Shown: positions 10,106-20,287, counted from the stretch's first letter. The stretch: 64,000 bases of DNA from Alcanivoracaceae bacterium (GCA_035301485.1 DATGUF010000038.1:26271-90270); one strand, 5' to 3'. Numbers and translations are program-made. Notes: generated from the letters alone by a model not told the origin.

Positions 10106-11329
10106 TTACTCTGATAATTTACGGCCTGCACGAGCGCCAATTTGTAAGCGCAATGCGTTCAGCTTAATAAAGCCTTGCGCATCCTTTTGATCGTAAGAGC
10201 CTGCATCATCTTCAAAAGTTGCAATACTAGCATCAAACAAGCTGTCTTCAGAGCGACGGCCTACAACAATCACGTTACCCTTATAAAGCTTAACGCGTAC
10301 ATCACCGTTAACGTGCTGCTGCGTTTCATCCACTAACTTTTGCAGCGCCACGCGCTCTGGCGACCACCAGTAGCCGTTATAAACCAACTCAGCATACTTG
10401 GGCATTAAGCTATCTTTTAAGTGCGCAGCTTCGCGGTCTACAGTAAGAGATTCAATGGCGCGATGTGCGCGCAGCATAATGGTGCCGCCTGGGGTTTCGT
10501 AGCAACCACGGGATTTCATGCCCACGTAACGGTTTTCAACTACGTCTAAACGGCCAATACCGTGCTTGCCGCCTAAGCGGTTCAGTTCGGTTAACACCTC
10601 AGCCGGTGACATTTTCTGCCCATTGATGGCAACAATGTCGCCTTTCTCGTAGCTTAACTCAATGTATTCAGCTTCATCAGGAGCGTTTTCAGGGCTCACC
10701 GTCCAACGCCACATATCTTCTTCAGCTTCATTCCAAGGATCTTCAAGAATGTCACCTTCATAAGAAATATGTAGCAGGTTAGCATCCATGGAGTATGGAG
10801 ATTTTTTACCGTCACCGGCGAAATCCACTGGAATATCGTGCTTCGCAGCAAACTCCATCAACGCTTCACGGCTGTTGAGATCCCACTCGCGCCAAGGGGC
10901 GATAATTTGAATGCCTGGCGCCAATGCATAAGCACCCAACTCAAAACGTACTTGGTCGTTACCTTTACCTGTGGCACCGTGCGACACCGCATCCGCACCT
11001 GTTTCTGCGGCAATTTCAACTAAACGCTTAGCAATTAAAGGCCGCGCAATAGAGGTGCCCAGTAAGTATTCACCTTCATAAATAGCATTAGCTCTAAACA
11101 TTGGGAACACGTAATCGCGCACGAATTCTTCGCGTAAATCCTCAATGTAGATCTCTTTAATACCCATAGCTTCTGCTTTCGCGCGCGCAGGCTCTACTTC
11201 TTCGCCTTGGCCGAGGTCTGCGGTGAAGGTCACAATTTCACAGTTGTAAGTTTCTTGTAACCACTTAGCAATAACTGAGGTATCTAAGCCACCAGAATAG
11301 GCTAGTACCACCTTTTTGATATCTGACAT
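10106..11329 (-). CDS. argG: Argininosuccinate synthase
   Basis: 407 aa with the N-terminal [12 protein letters not shown]-binding motif. It is colinear with type I ArgG. GGAG lies upstream of the ATG. Confidence 0.95.
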   Translation of the reverse strand: MSDIKKVVLAYSGGLDTSVIAKWLQETYNCEIVTFTADLGQGEEVEPARAKAEAMGIKEIYIEDLREEFVRDYVFPMFRANAIYEGEYLLGTSIARPLIAKRLVEIAAETGADAVSHGATGKGNDQVRFELGAYALAPGIQIIAPWREWDLNSREALMEFAAKHDIPVDFAGDGKKSPYSMDANLLHISYEGDILEDPWNEAEEDMWRWTVSPENAPDEAEYIELSYEKGDIVAINGQKMSPAEVLTELNRLGGKHGIGRLDVVENRYVGMKSRGCYETPGGTIMLRAHRAIESLTVDREAAHLKDSLMPKYAELVYNGYWWSPERVALQKLVDETQQHVNGDVRVKLYKGNVIVVGRRSEDSLFDASIATFEDDAGSYDQKDAQGFIKLNALRLQIGARAGRKLSE

Positions 11330-11403
11330 GAGGACTCCATTACGATTAAAACACGCTGCGCTCTAAGGCTGCTGTGCAAAATAAAGACGCCCCATTGTAC
11401 CTG

Positions 11404-11417
11404 TGAAAATGTTTTCA
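11404..11417. promoter_or_regulatory. ARG-box-like palindrome upstream of argG
   Basis: TGAAAATGTTTTCA matches the TGAAT-N4-ATTCA core at 12 of 14 positions, with symmetric mismatches. It lies 75-88 bp upstream of the argG ATG. I see only a single box, not a tandem pair. Confidence 0.3.
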
Positions 11418-11501
11418 TGAAACGTTAGCCTGCATCCATTCACATCTTCAGGTAGCATGTATCGCTTTAGCCTTTCCCTACATGCCTAAGTTGGAGCTTT
11501 C

Positions 11502-12176
11502 ATGGCGGAGAAACACCCTTCTTTAGCGAAGCGCTTTCGTGGTTTTTTACCTGTGGTGGTGGATGTCGAAACGGGCGGCTTTAATGCCAACACCGACGCT
11601 CTACTGGAAATTGCAGCGGTGACCTTAAAAATGGACCACAAAGGTTTTTTGCATCCTGATCAAAGTGTCCATTATCAAGTAGATCCTTTCGAGGGGGCTA
11701 ACCTAGAACAGGCCGCTTTAGATTTCACAGGTATTGACCCTTGGAACCCGCTTCGCGGCGCAGTACCCGAAGAAATGGCCTTACGCGGCGTGTTCGAAGT
11801 GGTACGCAAAGCCGTACGCGAAAACAACTGCACCCGCGCCATTTTAGTAGGCCACAACGCTTTCTTTGACCACGGTTTTGTTAAAGCAGCAGTGGCCCGA
11901 ACAGGCATTAAACGCGACCCATTCCACCCTTTCTCTTGCTTCGACACAGCTAGTTTAGCGGGCTTGGCATTAGGCCAAACGGTGCTGGCCACAGCCTGTG
12001 AGATGGCGGGCATTCCCTTTGATGCCAACCAAGCGCACTCCGCTTTATACGACACTACGCGTACAGCAGAGCTATTTTGCACCATCGTTAACCGATGGCG
12101 CACTTTAGGTGGTTGGCCGCCGCCTGCGCCAGTGGATATGCCACCTACCTTGGCACGTAACGACGGCAGCTTTTAG
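11502..12176 (+). CDS. rnt: Ribonuclease T
   Basis: 224 aa DEDDh exonuclease ([30 protein letters not shown]). Confidence 0.92.
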   Translation: MAEKHPSLAKRFRGFLPVVVDVETGGFNANTDALLEIAAVTLKMDHKGFLHPDQSVHYQVDPFEGANLEQAALDFTGIDPWNPLRGAVPEEMALRGVFEVVRKAVRENNCTRAILVGHNAFFDHGFVKAAVARTGIKRDPFHPFSCFDTASLAGLALGQTVLATACEMAGIPFDANQAHSALYDTTRTAELFCTIVNRWRTLGGWPPPAPVDMPPTLARNDGSF

Positions 12177-13273
12177 TGTTGCCCGAACTGGGCTCTTTGC
12201 ATCGCTTCTAAACGGCTGCGTGTGCGGCGAAAAGGAAACAGCAAAGCGCCCTGTTCATACAATTCAGGCAATGGTACTTGTGCATCAATATACAAAGGCA
12301 CTTGTTGTTCATAACACTCATCCACTAAAGCAATAAAGCGGCGTACACCATTATCTTTTTGTGACAGCGCCACCAAATGCCGGTCTCCTGCTGCCACACG
12401 CGTGGCGCCATCCTCAGTGCCACGTGCGATATACTGCTCTGCTGGAGCTGCGCTTAAGCATGGCACCGCCGATAACAACACTGTTTTATAGCGCTCACAT
12501 AATTCAATATAATCCAGCGCGCTCCAATTGCCTTCGCACAAGTTACTGTAATCGCACCACACCACTTCCCCTTGCTCACCTCGCACCGCCAATTCGCGCT
12601 GCCCTAAAGAAATGGTGGCCGCCTTTGCAGCGGCGCCCGTTTTTTGTTGAAACAACTGTTCAAAATGCCCGCTATTTACCCAGTAACGCTGCTGAGTGGA
12701 GGCTCCATGCAAACGATGGTCTTGCCCACCATCCAAATGCACGACAGTCATATGTTCCATTAACGCCTGTATGGCCGGCAGAAAACGAGCACGGTTAAAG
12801 CCGCCTTGGTACAACGCTTCGGGGGGTTCATTCGAGGTGGCCACCAGCACGAGCCCACGGGCAAACAGTGCCTGCAATAAGGGCCCAAGAAGCATGGCAT
12901 CACCTATATCATTAACAAAGAACTCATCAAAACAGAGCACTTCCACCTCTTGAGCCAATTCGTTTGCCACTTGCTGCAAGGGCGCTTTAGTACCAGTTAA
13001 AGCAAACAAGCGCTTGTGTAACCATTTCATAAAATGATGGAAATGCTGTCGCCGTGCCGGCACCGTTAAGGCGCGGTAAAAACTATCCATGAGCCAAGTT
13101 TTACCGCGCCCCACCGGCCCCCACAAATAAACGCCTTGGCTTAGCTGCCCTGCTTCAACATTAGTAAAGCACTGCTGCAGCCGCTCCACCGCTTCTGCCT
13201 GTGCCACATCGGGCACAAACCCTTCGGCTAAGGCTTGTTGATATTGCTGTTGAGGGGAAAGAGTATTGCGCAT
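12173..13273 (-). CDS. zapE: ZapE/AFG1-family ATPase
   Basis: Walker [13 protein letters not shown] and Walker [15 protein letters not shown]. The track ORF starts at 13318. The ATG at 13273 ([11 protein letters not shown]...) gives the usual ~366 aa. Confidence 0.85.
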   Translation of the reverse strand: MRNTLSPQQQYQQALAEGFVPDVAQAEAVERLQQCFTNVEAGQLSQGVYLWGPVGRGKTWLMDSFYRALTVPARRQHFHHFMKWLHKRLFALTGTKAPLQQVANELAQEVEVLCFDEFFVNDIGDAMLLGPLLQALFARGLVLVATSNEPPEALYQGGFNRARFLPAIQALMEHMTVVHLDGGQDHRLHGASTQQRYWVNSGHFEQLFQQKTGAAAKAATISLGQRELAVRGEQGEVVWCDYSNLCEGNWSALDYIELCERYKTVLLSAVPCLSAAPAEQYIARGTEDGATRVAAGDRHLVALSQKDNGVRRFIALVDECYEQQVPLYIDAQVPLPELYEQGALLFPFRRTRSRLEAMQRAQFGQH

Positions 13274-13439
13274 AGATATAAATTTCTCATCAAAGACACT
13301 AACAAGGCACGTTGGCATACTAATTTGTAAGTTTCTTTACCTTTACGTCAATTTAACGCACTCAGTGCTTGCCGCTCTCCACATGCAGTGCTAATTTTGC
13401 ACCCTGCACCACTCATATAAGCAGAGCAATGGGTACGCC

Positions 13440-14069
13440 ATGAACATTAAAGAGCTAATTAAAAGAAACCACGATTGGGCGGACCACGTTGCCGCCACCA
13501 AACCAGATTTTTTTCCTAAATTAGCGGCACAACAAAAACCCGAAATTTTATGGATTGGCTGCTCTGATAGCCGCGTACCCGCTAACCAAGTGCTCGACAT
13601 GGACCCGGGTGAAGTGTTCGTACACCGCAACGTTTCTAATCTTATCATTCACAGCGACATGAATATGCTATCTACGGTGCAATTCGCGGTGGAAGCTTTA
13701 CGGGTGAAGCACATTATGATTGTTGGCCACTATGATTGTGGCGGCGTAAAAACAGCCCTTAACAACGCTGATAACGGCCTCATTGATAACTGGTTACTCG
13801 ATATCAAAGATACTATCCACCAGCACCAAGAAGAATTAAGCCAACTCGCCACCGAAAAAGAGGTGGTAAACCGTGTGTGCGAACTTAATGTTATTAAACA
13901 AGTGGGCAACATGTGCCATACGGCAACGGTACAACACGCGTGGAAGCGTGGCCAACGTTTAGCCGTACATGGCCTTTGCTATGGTTTGCACGATGGTAAA
14001 GTTAAAGATTTAGAGGTAACCGTAGATGGGCCCGAAAAAGTGGCCCAATTATATCGCATTAACCTATAA
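13440..14069 (+). CDS. can: Beta-class carbonic anhydrase
   Basis: 209 aa with the zinc-ligand motifs GCSDSRVP and VGHYDCGGV. Confidence 0.92.
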   Translation: MNIKELIKRNHDWADHVAATKPDFFPKLAAQQKPEILWIGCSDSRVPANQVLDMDPGEVFVHRNVSNLIIHSDMNMLSTVQFAVEALRVKHIMIVGHYDCGGVKTALNNADNGLIDNWLLDIKDTIHQHQEELSQLATEKEVVNRVCELNVIKQVGNMCHTATVQHAWKRGQRLAVHGLCYGLHDGKVKDLEVTVDGPEKVAQLYRINL

Positions 14070-14075
14070 GGCAAA

Positions 14076-14099
14076 CGCCCCTTATTTTTCAGAGGGGCG
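14076..14099 (-). terminator. Hairpin at the convergent can/rmuC junction (putative rmuC terminator)
   Basis: CGCCCCT (14076-14082) pairs with AGGGGCG (14093-14099). On the minus strand the stem is followed by TTTG. The rmuC stop codon (14082-14084) straddles the end of the left stem arm and the start of the loop. Confidence 0.4.
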
Positions 14100-15680
14100 C
14101 TCTAGCAATGCCGCCATCCGTTCTGTTTCGAAATCCAAGTGTGTCATTTGCACATCTGGTAGCTCTTTGTTGACCTTGGTAGACAACGCATCAAAACGTT
14201 CTACTTTGCCATATAAACCCTGTTGGCCCACTAAAGCAGTGACAGTGCGATTATAATGGTTGCTCGCCGCACTCAAACTAGTGCCCAAACCACTTAACCG
14301 CTCAGCTAGCACCCTCACTTGGTTATATATATCTCCCGCACGTTCACCAATGGCGCGCGCTTCTTTACTGCCACGATCAATCATCCATAAATTGGCAATA
14401 GTGCGCAGCACAGGTATAAGCGTGGTGTGCGACACCACTATTACGCCCTTTTCATAGCCATAGTCGAACAAACCTTTTTGCGCCTTTAAAGCTTCAATGT
14501 AGGCCGCCTCAATGGGCATAAAAAGCAACACAAAACTAGGGCTATCGAGCTCTGGTAGGTTGGCGTAATCTTTACTGGCCAAATCATCTATATGCTTACG
14601 CACTGCTGCCACGTGCTCTCGTAGCGCCACCGCACGTTCTTCTTTTGTGTCCGCACTCACTAGGCGATCGTAAGCGTTTAAGGTTACTTTGCTATCAATC
14701 ACCACCTGCTTCGCGCCAGGCAATTGGATTAAAAAGTCAGTTTGCTTAGTGCGCCCTTCTGCATCGCGAAAACTATTCTGCTGGGTGTAATGCTCGCCTT
14801 GTATTAGCCCACTCATTTCTAGAGTGCGTTGCAATTGCGCTTCACCCCAAGCGCCACGCTGCTGCGAATCACCTTTTAAAGCTTTAGTTAAATTGGTGGC
14901 TTCCGCGCTCATGGCTAACCCCACCTCCAACACTTTTTTAATTTCAGCGGCAAGGCTACTGCTATCTTTAAGAGAGGCGTCATGCACTTCGTTCACCCGC
15001 TTCTGAAACCCCTCAATTTGCTGACGAAACGGCCGTAGCAAGTTGTCTAAATGCGTTTGGCTAGCATGGGTGAAGGTTTTACCTTTCTCTTCGAAAATTT
15101 TATTGGCAAGCACTTCGAATTCTTTCGTTAGCGCAGCCCGCGCCTCGGTGAGTTGCTGTTTTTGCTCTACAAAATATTCTTCGCGCCGAGCTAACGTGGT
15201 TTTTAATTCTGTAAACTGATTATTTAAGTGCTGATGCGCTACTAGCAACTTGCTATGGTTTTCTTGTTCCGCACGCACTCTTTCCTCTGCCCGCTGCAAC
15301 TGCGCCTCTAAGCCACGCGCTTTTTCAGCAATAGTTTCAAACTGCCTAGCTTTGTCTTCTGCTTCTGTGCGTGTTTTCTCTAAGCGTTGGCTAAGCGCAC
15401 TAATTTCTTGTTTACCTTCTGCCACATCTGCATGCAGCCACTCTTCGGTAGCCCGCGCATTTTCAAGTGCTGCCTGAGTTTGGCTAGCTGCTAATGCTTG
15501 TGTATGCAGCTGCTGTTGCTGTGCTTCATTCGCAGCCACTTGCTCTTGCCACTGCGTCAGCAGCCGCTTGCGCTCCCTACCTTGCAGCATGCTTGCAAGT
15601 AAATAGCCTACCAGCAGAGCCAGTAGTAATGCGCCGCTAGCAAGCATAATCCATTCGTTTGTCCATTCTATTTCAGGCAT
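14082..15680 (-). CDS. rmuC: DNA recombination protein RmuC
   Basis: 532 aa with an N-terminal TM helix and a long Gln/Glu-rich coiled coil. The C-terminal RmuC nuclease-like domain has DFLIQLPG...VIDSK and LLFMPIE. Confidence 0.88.
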   Translation of the reverse strand: MPEIEWTNEWIMLASGALLLALLVGYLLASMLQGRERKRLLTQWQEQVAANEAQQQQLHTQALAASQTQAALENARATEEWLHADVAEGKQEISALSQRLEKTRTEAEDKARQFETIAEKARGLEAQLQRAEERVRAEQENHSKLLVAHQHLNNQFTELKTTLARREEYFVEQKQQLTEARAALTKEFEVLANKIFEEKGKTFTHASQTHLDNLLRPFRQQIEGFQKRVNEVHDASLKDSSSLAAEIKKVLEVGLAMSAEATNLTKALKGDSQQRGAWGEAQLQRTLEMSGLIQGEHYTQQNSFRDAEGRTKQTDFLIQLPGAKQVVIDSKVTLNAYDRLVSADTKEERAVALREHVAAVRKHIDDLASKDYANLPELDSPSFVLLFMPIEAAYIEALKAQKGLFDYGYEKGVIVVSHTTLIPVLRTIANLWMIDRGSKEARAIGERAGDIYNQVRVLAERLSGLGTSLSAASNHYNRTVTALVGQQGLYGKVERFDALSTKVNKELPDVQMTHLDFETERMAALLERPSEK

Positions 15681-15896
15681 TTTCTCAACCTTGTAAACAG
15701 CGCCACAATTTTCCTGATTAAAGCAGGATCAAGCTTAACATGTAAATTTCCTGCCATGGGGCGTATCGTACTCTGCCTAACACGCATTTCGCGTGCTTAA
15801 CATTCCTGCGCATACTGGCGGTTTTGCGCCAGCTTTGGGACAATGCACACCTTTAGCCCCTGCAACATGGGTGGCCCGTCTTAACAGGAGAAAGCA

Positions 15897-16337
15897 ATGT
15901 CTTTTTATGTGTATCTGTCTGGTGAAATTCACACCAATTGGCGCGATGAGATCATTGATGGCGCAAAAAAAGCAGGCCTAGATGTGGTCTTCACCGGCCC
16001 CGTGACCGATCACGATGCCAGTGATGCAGCAGGCGATATGCTCGGTGAAGAAACTGGTTTTTGGCGTGATCATCAGTCTTCCAAAGTAAATGCCATCCGC
16101 ACGCAAACAATGATTAAGCAAGCCGACTTAGTGGTAGTGCGCTTTGGCGATAAGTATAAACAATGGAATGCCGCCTTTGATGCAGGTTATTGTGCAGCAC
16201 TGGATAAGCCGTACATTACTTTGCACGACGAAGATATTGTGCACCCACTGAAAGAAGTAGATGCCAGCGCGAAAGCATGGTGCACCACCACACAGCAAGT
16301 GGTGGAAATTTTACAGTACGTGCTGCGCAGCCAATAA
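15897..16337 (+). CDS. YtoQ-family protein (nucleoside 2-deoxyribosyltransferase-like fold)
   Basis: 146 aa. The start MSFYVYLSGEIHTNWRDEII... and the length match my recollection of the YtoQ family. AGGAGA lies upstream of the ATG. Confidence 0.7.
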   Translation: MSFYVYLSGEIHTNWRDEIIDGAKKAGLDVVFTGPVTDHDASDAAGDMLGEETGFWRDHQSSKVNAIRTQTMIKQADLVVVRFGDKYKQWNAAFDAGYCAALDKPYITLHDEDIVHPLKEVDASAKAWCTTTQQVVEILQYVLRSQ

Positions 16338-16346
16338 TACTCTTGC

Positions 16347-16371
16347 ACTACCGCGCTATCGGCGCGGTAGT
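16347..16371. terminator. Perfect 10-bp hairpin at the convergent ytoQ/nlpD junction
   Basis: ACTACCGCGC (16347-16356) pairs with GCGCGGTAGT (16362-16371) around a 5-nt loop. The nlpD stop codon (16356-16358) straddles the last stem base and the first two loop bases. No clear U-tract follows on either strand. Confidence 0.35.
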
Positions 16372-17162
16372 ACTTGCTCTGGGTTAACAGCCTGCCCGTC
16401 ACGGCGCACTTCAAAATGCAGCCCCACAGACGACGTTCCTGTCGCGCCCATGGTGGCAATGCGCTCTCTGGCCTTCACCTGCTGCCCTTCTTTCACCAAC
16501 AACGTATCGTTGTGCCCATAGGCCGACAACCAGCGGTCATTGTGTTTAATGATGAGCAAATTACCGTAACCTGTTAAGCCACTGCCGCGATACACCACAG
16601 TCCCTGCCGCCGCCGCATAAACAGGATCACCCTGCTTGCCTGCTAGCAACAAACCACGCCTATCTTTACTCGTTGAAAAACGCTGCACCACTTGGCCAGG
16701 CACAGGCCAATGCCAAGCTACATCACTGGTAATAGAGGGTTTGGCCGGCGCCACTGGCGGGCTTGTTTTAGTGGGTGCTGAGGCCTTAGGTGTTGGCGTG
16801 GCCGCCGGGCGGCTAGGCTGCTGTGGGGTACGCTTTGGCGCAGGCCTAGTAGCCACAACAGGGGCTGCAGCCGCTTTGCCGTCGAACCGAATTTTCTGGC
16901 CTGGATAAATGGTATAGGGCAAACCAATATTATTTGCCCGCGCGAGCTGACGATAATCCCAACCATAGCGCCAAGCAATAGAATAAAGCGTTTCACCTTC
17001 TCGCACGGTGTGCGACCCTGTACTGCGGCCGCCCTTGGCGCCAATACCACCTTTTGCAGACTTACTCTTTGTTTGGTAATCGTATACAGGAATGTTGCCT
17101 GTGCTACAGCTCCAAGCGCCTAACGCTAACAACAAAACAAGCAAAATCTTCACAGGCTTCAC
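16356..17162 (-). CDS. nlpD: Murein hydrolase activator NlpD (lipoprotein; LysM + degenerate LytM/M23 domain)
   Basis: 268 aa with a lipobox (LALGAWSC) and a LysM domain (HTVREGETLYSIAWRY...). A Pro/Ala-rich linker precedes the M23 domain. The M23 domain lacks the full HxxxD/HxH metal ligands (GLHFEV), as in E. coli NlpD. GTG start. Confidence 0.88.
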   Translation of the reverse strand: MKPVKILLVLLLALGAWSCSTGNIPVYDYQTKSKSAKGGIGAKGGRSTGSHTVREGETLYSIAWRYGWDYRQLARANNIGLPYTIYPGQKIRFDGKAAAAPVVATRPAPKRTPQQPSRPAATPTPKASAPTKTSPPVAPAKPSITSDVAWHWPVPGQVVQRFSTSKDRRGLLLAGKQGDPVYAAAAGTVVYRGSGLTGYGNLLIIKHNDRWLSAYGHNDTLLVKEGQQVKARERIATMGATGTSSVGLHFEVRRDGQAVNPEQVLPRR

Positions 17163-17176
17163 GTTTATTACACCTT

Positions 17177-18082
17177 TTAGTTATTCATGTGCTCCGTTGT
17201 ATGTTGGCCCGCACCTAAAAAATAGACCACCACTACGCCCACGAGGAACGCCATAACGGCAAAGCCTATGTGCGCAGGTTCCCCTGTTTGCGCCACATAT
17301 TCTGCGGGATACACGATTTGTTCACGCGCTTCCTCCAAGCCTATTCTCCAAGGCCACAATTTCACTAACGAACCTAACATAACACCCGCAGCAACAGCCA
17401 TCACCAAGGAGTAATAATGCGCTAATAACCACTTCAGTAGCTGTATGAATACCAAAGCGCCTACCGCGCAACCTAAAACAAAAGCGCTTAAATGGGCAAT
17501 ATGTGCTTGGCTTAATGCCTCTAGCACTGGCTCATACATGCCCAACAATAAAAGAATGAAACTGCCCGAGATACCAGGCAATAGCAGTGCGCAAATCGCT
17601 AACATGCCCGAAAGAAAAAACAGCAAAGGCGACAATCCCAAGGTCTCTAAACCAGGCAAACCACTGAGCCACATACTAAAAATACTACCCAATAAAGCAG
17701 CCCACCACACGTGCAACCGTTTATCAGGCAAAGGCCGCCATACCACCACAGTACCCATCACAATCAAACCACAGAAAAACGACCATAATGGGATCGGCGC
17801 ATAAGCTAAGCACCAACGAATCACAAACACGGCAGGAACAATGCTAGTGACCATTCCAGCAAGCAGCACCACTAAAAAGGTGAAGTTAGCCTCCTTCCAT
17901 GCGGCGGCCACCCCCTGCTCACGCAGGGTAATAATAAGGCGTGGGTGAATGTTGCCTAATGTGCGTATAAGCTCCGCATAAATACCGGTTATTAATGCTA
18001 ATGTGCCACTGGATACACCTGGGATCGTTTCCACGGCTCCCATGGTCATACCACGCCAAAACAACCCCCATTTAGTGTGCAT
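17177..18082 (-). CDS. DUF368 family membrane protein (PopT-type polyprenyl-phosphate translocase family)
   Basis: 301 aa, polytopic and hydrophobic, with the N-terminal motif MGAVETIPGVSSGTLALITG typical of DUF368. Its ATG (18082-18080) overlaps the pcm stop (TAATG). Confidence 0.8.
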   Translation of the reverse strand: MHTKWGLFWRGMTMGAVETIPGVSSGTLALITGIYAELIRTLGNIHPRLIITLREQGVAAAWKEANFTFLVVLLAGMVTSIVPAVFVIRWCLAYAPIPLWSFFCGLIVMGTVVVWRPLPDKRLHVWWAALLGSIFSMWLSGLPGLETLGLSPLLFFLSGMLAICALLLPGISGSFILLLLGMYEPVLEALSQAHIAHLSAFVLGCAVGALVFIQLLKWLLAHYYSLVMAVAAGVMLGSLVKLWPWRIGLEEAREQIVYPAEYVAQTGEPAHIGFAVMAFLVGVVVVYFLGAGQHTTEHMNN

Positions 18083-18744
18083 TATTCCACTCCACGCTGA
18101 AAAGGAACGAACCGAACCGCATCAAGGCGCTGTTTCACCAACTCGCCCTGCACACGATCCACCACCGTTAGCCACTGTTCGTCACCGCCCACAGGCATCA
18201 CTAAGCGCCCACCTTCAGCAAGTTGCTCTAGCAGCTCTTGTGGGATCTCTGCGGGTGCACAGGCGGCCAAAATAGCATCAAAAGGGCCTTGTTCCGGCCA
18301 ACCAAAGGTACCATCTGCATATTTAAACTTTACGTTATGCAAGCCCAACTCGCGTAAACGAGCCTTGGCGCCCTCTTGCAAAGGCTTGATGCGTTCAACG
18401 GTGTACACCTGGATGCCCAATGCTGCAAGTATTGCTGTTTGATAACCACACCCAGTGCCCACTTCAAGCACTTTGGTGGGCATGTTATTGGCAATTAGCA
18501 ATTCCGTCATGCGCGCCACCACCCAAGGCTGAGAAATGGTTTGGTCATAGCCAATAGGTAAAGCTGTATCATCGTAAGCTTGGTGCGATAAGGCCTCATC
18601 AATGAAAATATGGCGGGGCATTTTCTGGATCATCGCCAACACTCTCTCATCCCTGATGCTTTGCTCTCTTAAGCGTTGCACGAGACGCTCGCGCGTACGT
18701 GGTGATGTCATCCCCACACCCACCAACCTTTGCGAATCCCACAT
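18082..18744 (-). CDS. pcm: Protein-L-isoaspartate O-methyltransferase
   Basis: Motifs TISQPWVVARM and VLEVGTGCGYQTAILA. The track ORF (to 18885) runs into truD. The ATG at 18744 (MWDSQRLVGVGMTS...) gives ~220 aa, the family length. Confidence 0.9.
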   Translation of the reverse strand: MWDSQRLVGVGMTSPRTRERLVQRLREQSIRDERVLAMIQKMPRHIFIDEALSHQAYDDTALPIGYDQTISQPWVVARMTELLIANNMPTKVLEVGTGCGYQTAILAALGIQVYTVERIKPLQEGAKARLRELGLHNVKFKYADGTFGWPEQGPFDAILAACAPAEIPQELLEQLAEGGRLVMPVGGDEQWLTVVDRVQGELVKQRLDAVRFVPFQRGVE

Positions 18745-18758
18745 AGTCTCAACCTCTA

Positions 18759-19805
18759 TCACTCTGTCGTAACAGCTGTGCGTGGCGGTAACTGCCACTC
18801 CCCTAGCTCTGCTAACACTGTGGTGGCAAAGGCTCCTGTGGGAAGTGTCATGCTGATTTCCCACTCGTTGCCTAACACCTGCCAAGTTAAATCAGAAACA
18901 GACAAACGTAACGCTCGGCGCGCTGCAGCCACCTTTTCCTGCGCGAGCGCCTCGATCAGTGCTGTGTGCGGCGCCAAAATGTTGTGCTCAAGAGCATGGC
19001 TTGCGCCCGTGGTTGCCATCCCTGCCATACCCACTAAGGGCCCGGTCGGGTGCACTTCTCCTTGGGCAATGCGTGTAGCACTACGCTCATCTTCGTCGGC
19101 ATTGAACAAGCCACGGCTATGAGCTGGTTGTAATATATCGCCCGCCAACAACTGATTCCAATTACCCTGCTGCACCCGTTCGGCAAGCACCTGATTAAAT
19201 AGCTCACTACGTATGGCTGACAGCCACAAACTACGCATTTTTCTGTTCGGCGCTCTACCACGATAGCTATCTTCTCGTAGCAGCCACGCTTTCGCCTGCG
19301 TAAAATTTTGCCCACTGCGGCCGAAACGCTGCTCGCCAAAATAGTTCGGCACGCCTCCCTGCTTAATGCATTGCAAGCGTTCTTCCGCAGCGGCGTAATC
19401 ACCACTAACGTGACGCATACGTAGTACAAAGTGGTTTGCAATGTGGGTGCCGCGGTTTAATTTGCGGGCATGACGAACCTGTTCAAGTATATCAATGCCC
19501 TCTGGCAACTGGTTGAGTGTTGGGTCTTCCTTGCCGGGCAAGTGCAAGCTAAACCACTGCTCAGTGACTGCACGGCGGTCTTTTAAACCGCTAAACCCCA
19601 CAGAACGAACAGGTATCCCCGCAGCTTTAGCCAATGTTTGAGCCACATCCATAGTGTTCCAGAGCCGTTTACGCACTAGCAACCATAAATGCTCGCCGCC
19701 TCCACCTGGCGTGAAACTTAATTGCTCTTGAACAAAAAAATCCTCTGGTTCAGTGCGCATTTGGCCCGTTAGCACTGGCGCCCCGTAGGCGTGAGGCAGG
19801 CTCAC
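18759..19805 (-). CDS. truD: tRNA pseudouridine(13) synthase TruD
   Basis: 348 aa with the catalytic motif [11 protein letters not shown]. The GTG start overlaps the ispF stop (GTGA). Confidence 0.9.
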   Translation of the reverse strand: MSLPHAYGAPVLTGQMRTEPEDFFVQEQLSFTPGGGGEHLWLLVRKRLWNTMDVAQTLAKAAGIPVRSVGFSGLKDRRAVTEQWFSLHLPGKEDPTLNQLPEGIDILEQVRHARKLNRGTHIANHFVLRMRHVSGDYAAAEERLQCIKQGGVPNYFGEQRFGRSGQNFTQAKAWLLREDSYRGRAPNRKMRSLWLSAIRSELFNQVLAERVQQGNWNQLLAGDILQPAHSRGLFNADEDERSATRIAQGEVHPTGPLVGMAGMATTGASHALEHNILAPHTALIEALAQEKVAAARRALRLSVSDLTWQVLGNEWEISMTLPTGAFATTVLAELGEWQLPPRTAVTTE

Positions 19806-20287
19806 TTTACACGCTCCACAAGCACTGTGGCTAAAGCAGTAATGCCTTCTTCGCGCCCCACAAACCCTAGCTTTTCTGTGGTCGTAGCCTTCACCGAAAT
19901 AGCCTCCACATCGCAGCCTAACAAGGCGCTAATACGCTCGCGAATAGCTTGAATATGTGGTGCCATTTTAGGCCGCTCTGCTAACACCGTTAAATCCGCA
20001 TTGGCCAACTGATAACCCTTTGCTGTGATTTTTGCATAGGCAGCTTGCAACAGTTGGCCTGAGTCTGCGCCTTTCCACTGTGCATCAGTATCTGGAAACC
20101 AATAGCCTATATCCCCCAACGCGAGCGCGCCTAACAAAGCGTCAGTGAGGGCATGCAACAAGACATCGCCATCAGAGTGAGCCACAAACCCCTTGTGAAA
20201 CGGAATGCGCACACCACCAATTATTAGGCTATCCCCTTCACCAAAGGCATGTACATCGTAGCCTTGGCCAATACGTATTCGTGCCAT
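19802..20287 (-). CDS. ispF: 2-C-methyl-D-erythritol 2,4-cyclodiphosphate synthase
   Basis: [15 protein letters not shown]...[12 protein letters not shown]. The ATG at 20287 overlaps the ispD stop. The longer track ORF (to 20350) is an upstream extension inside ispD. Confidence 0.93.
   Translation of the reverse strand: MARIRIGQGYDVHAFGEGDSLIIGGVRIPFHKGFVAHSDGDVLLHALTDALLGALALGDIGYWFPDTDAQWKGADSGQLLQAAYAKITAKGYQLANADLTVLAERPKMAPHIQAIRERISALLGCDVEAISVKATTTEKLGFVGREEGITALATVLVERVK

Noticed and set aside
14082-15680. RmuC nuclease-domain protein as a possible phage-defence component.
   Set aside because: It has standard full-length RmuC architecture (TM helix, coiled coil, nuclease domain). 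Its neighbours are housekeeping genes, with no adjacent defence-type partners or mobile-element signatures.
18745-18885. N-terminal extensions of track ORFs that overlap the upstream gene: pcm here, and also ispF, eno, pyrG, dnaE, lpxB, fabZ, uppS, tsf, rpsB, zapE and NMO.
   Set aside because: In each case an internal ATG reproduces the conserved family N-terminus, often with an SD-like sequence or stop/start overlap. The extra residues are non-conserved. I treated them as ORF-caller artefacts, not real extensions or fusions.
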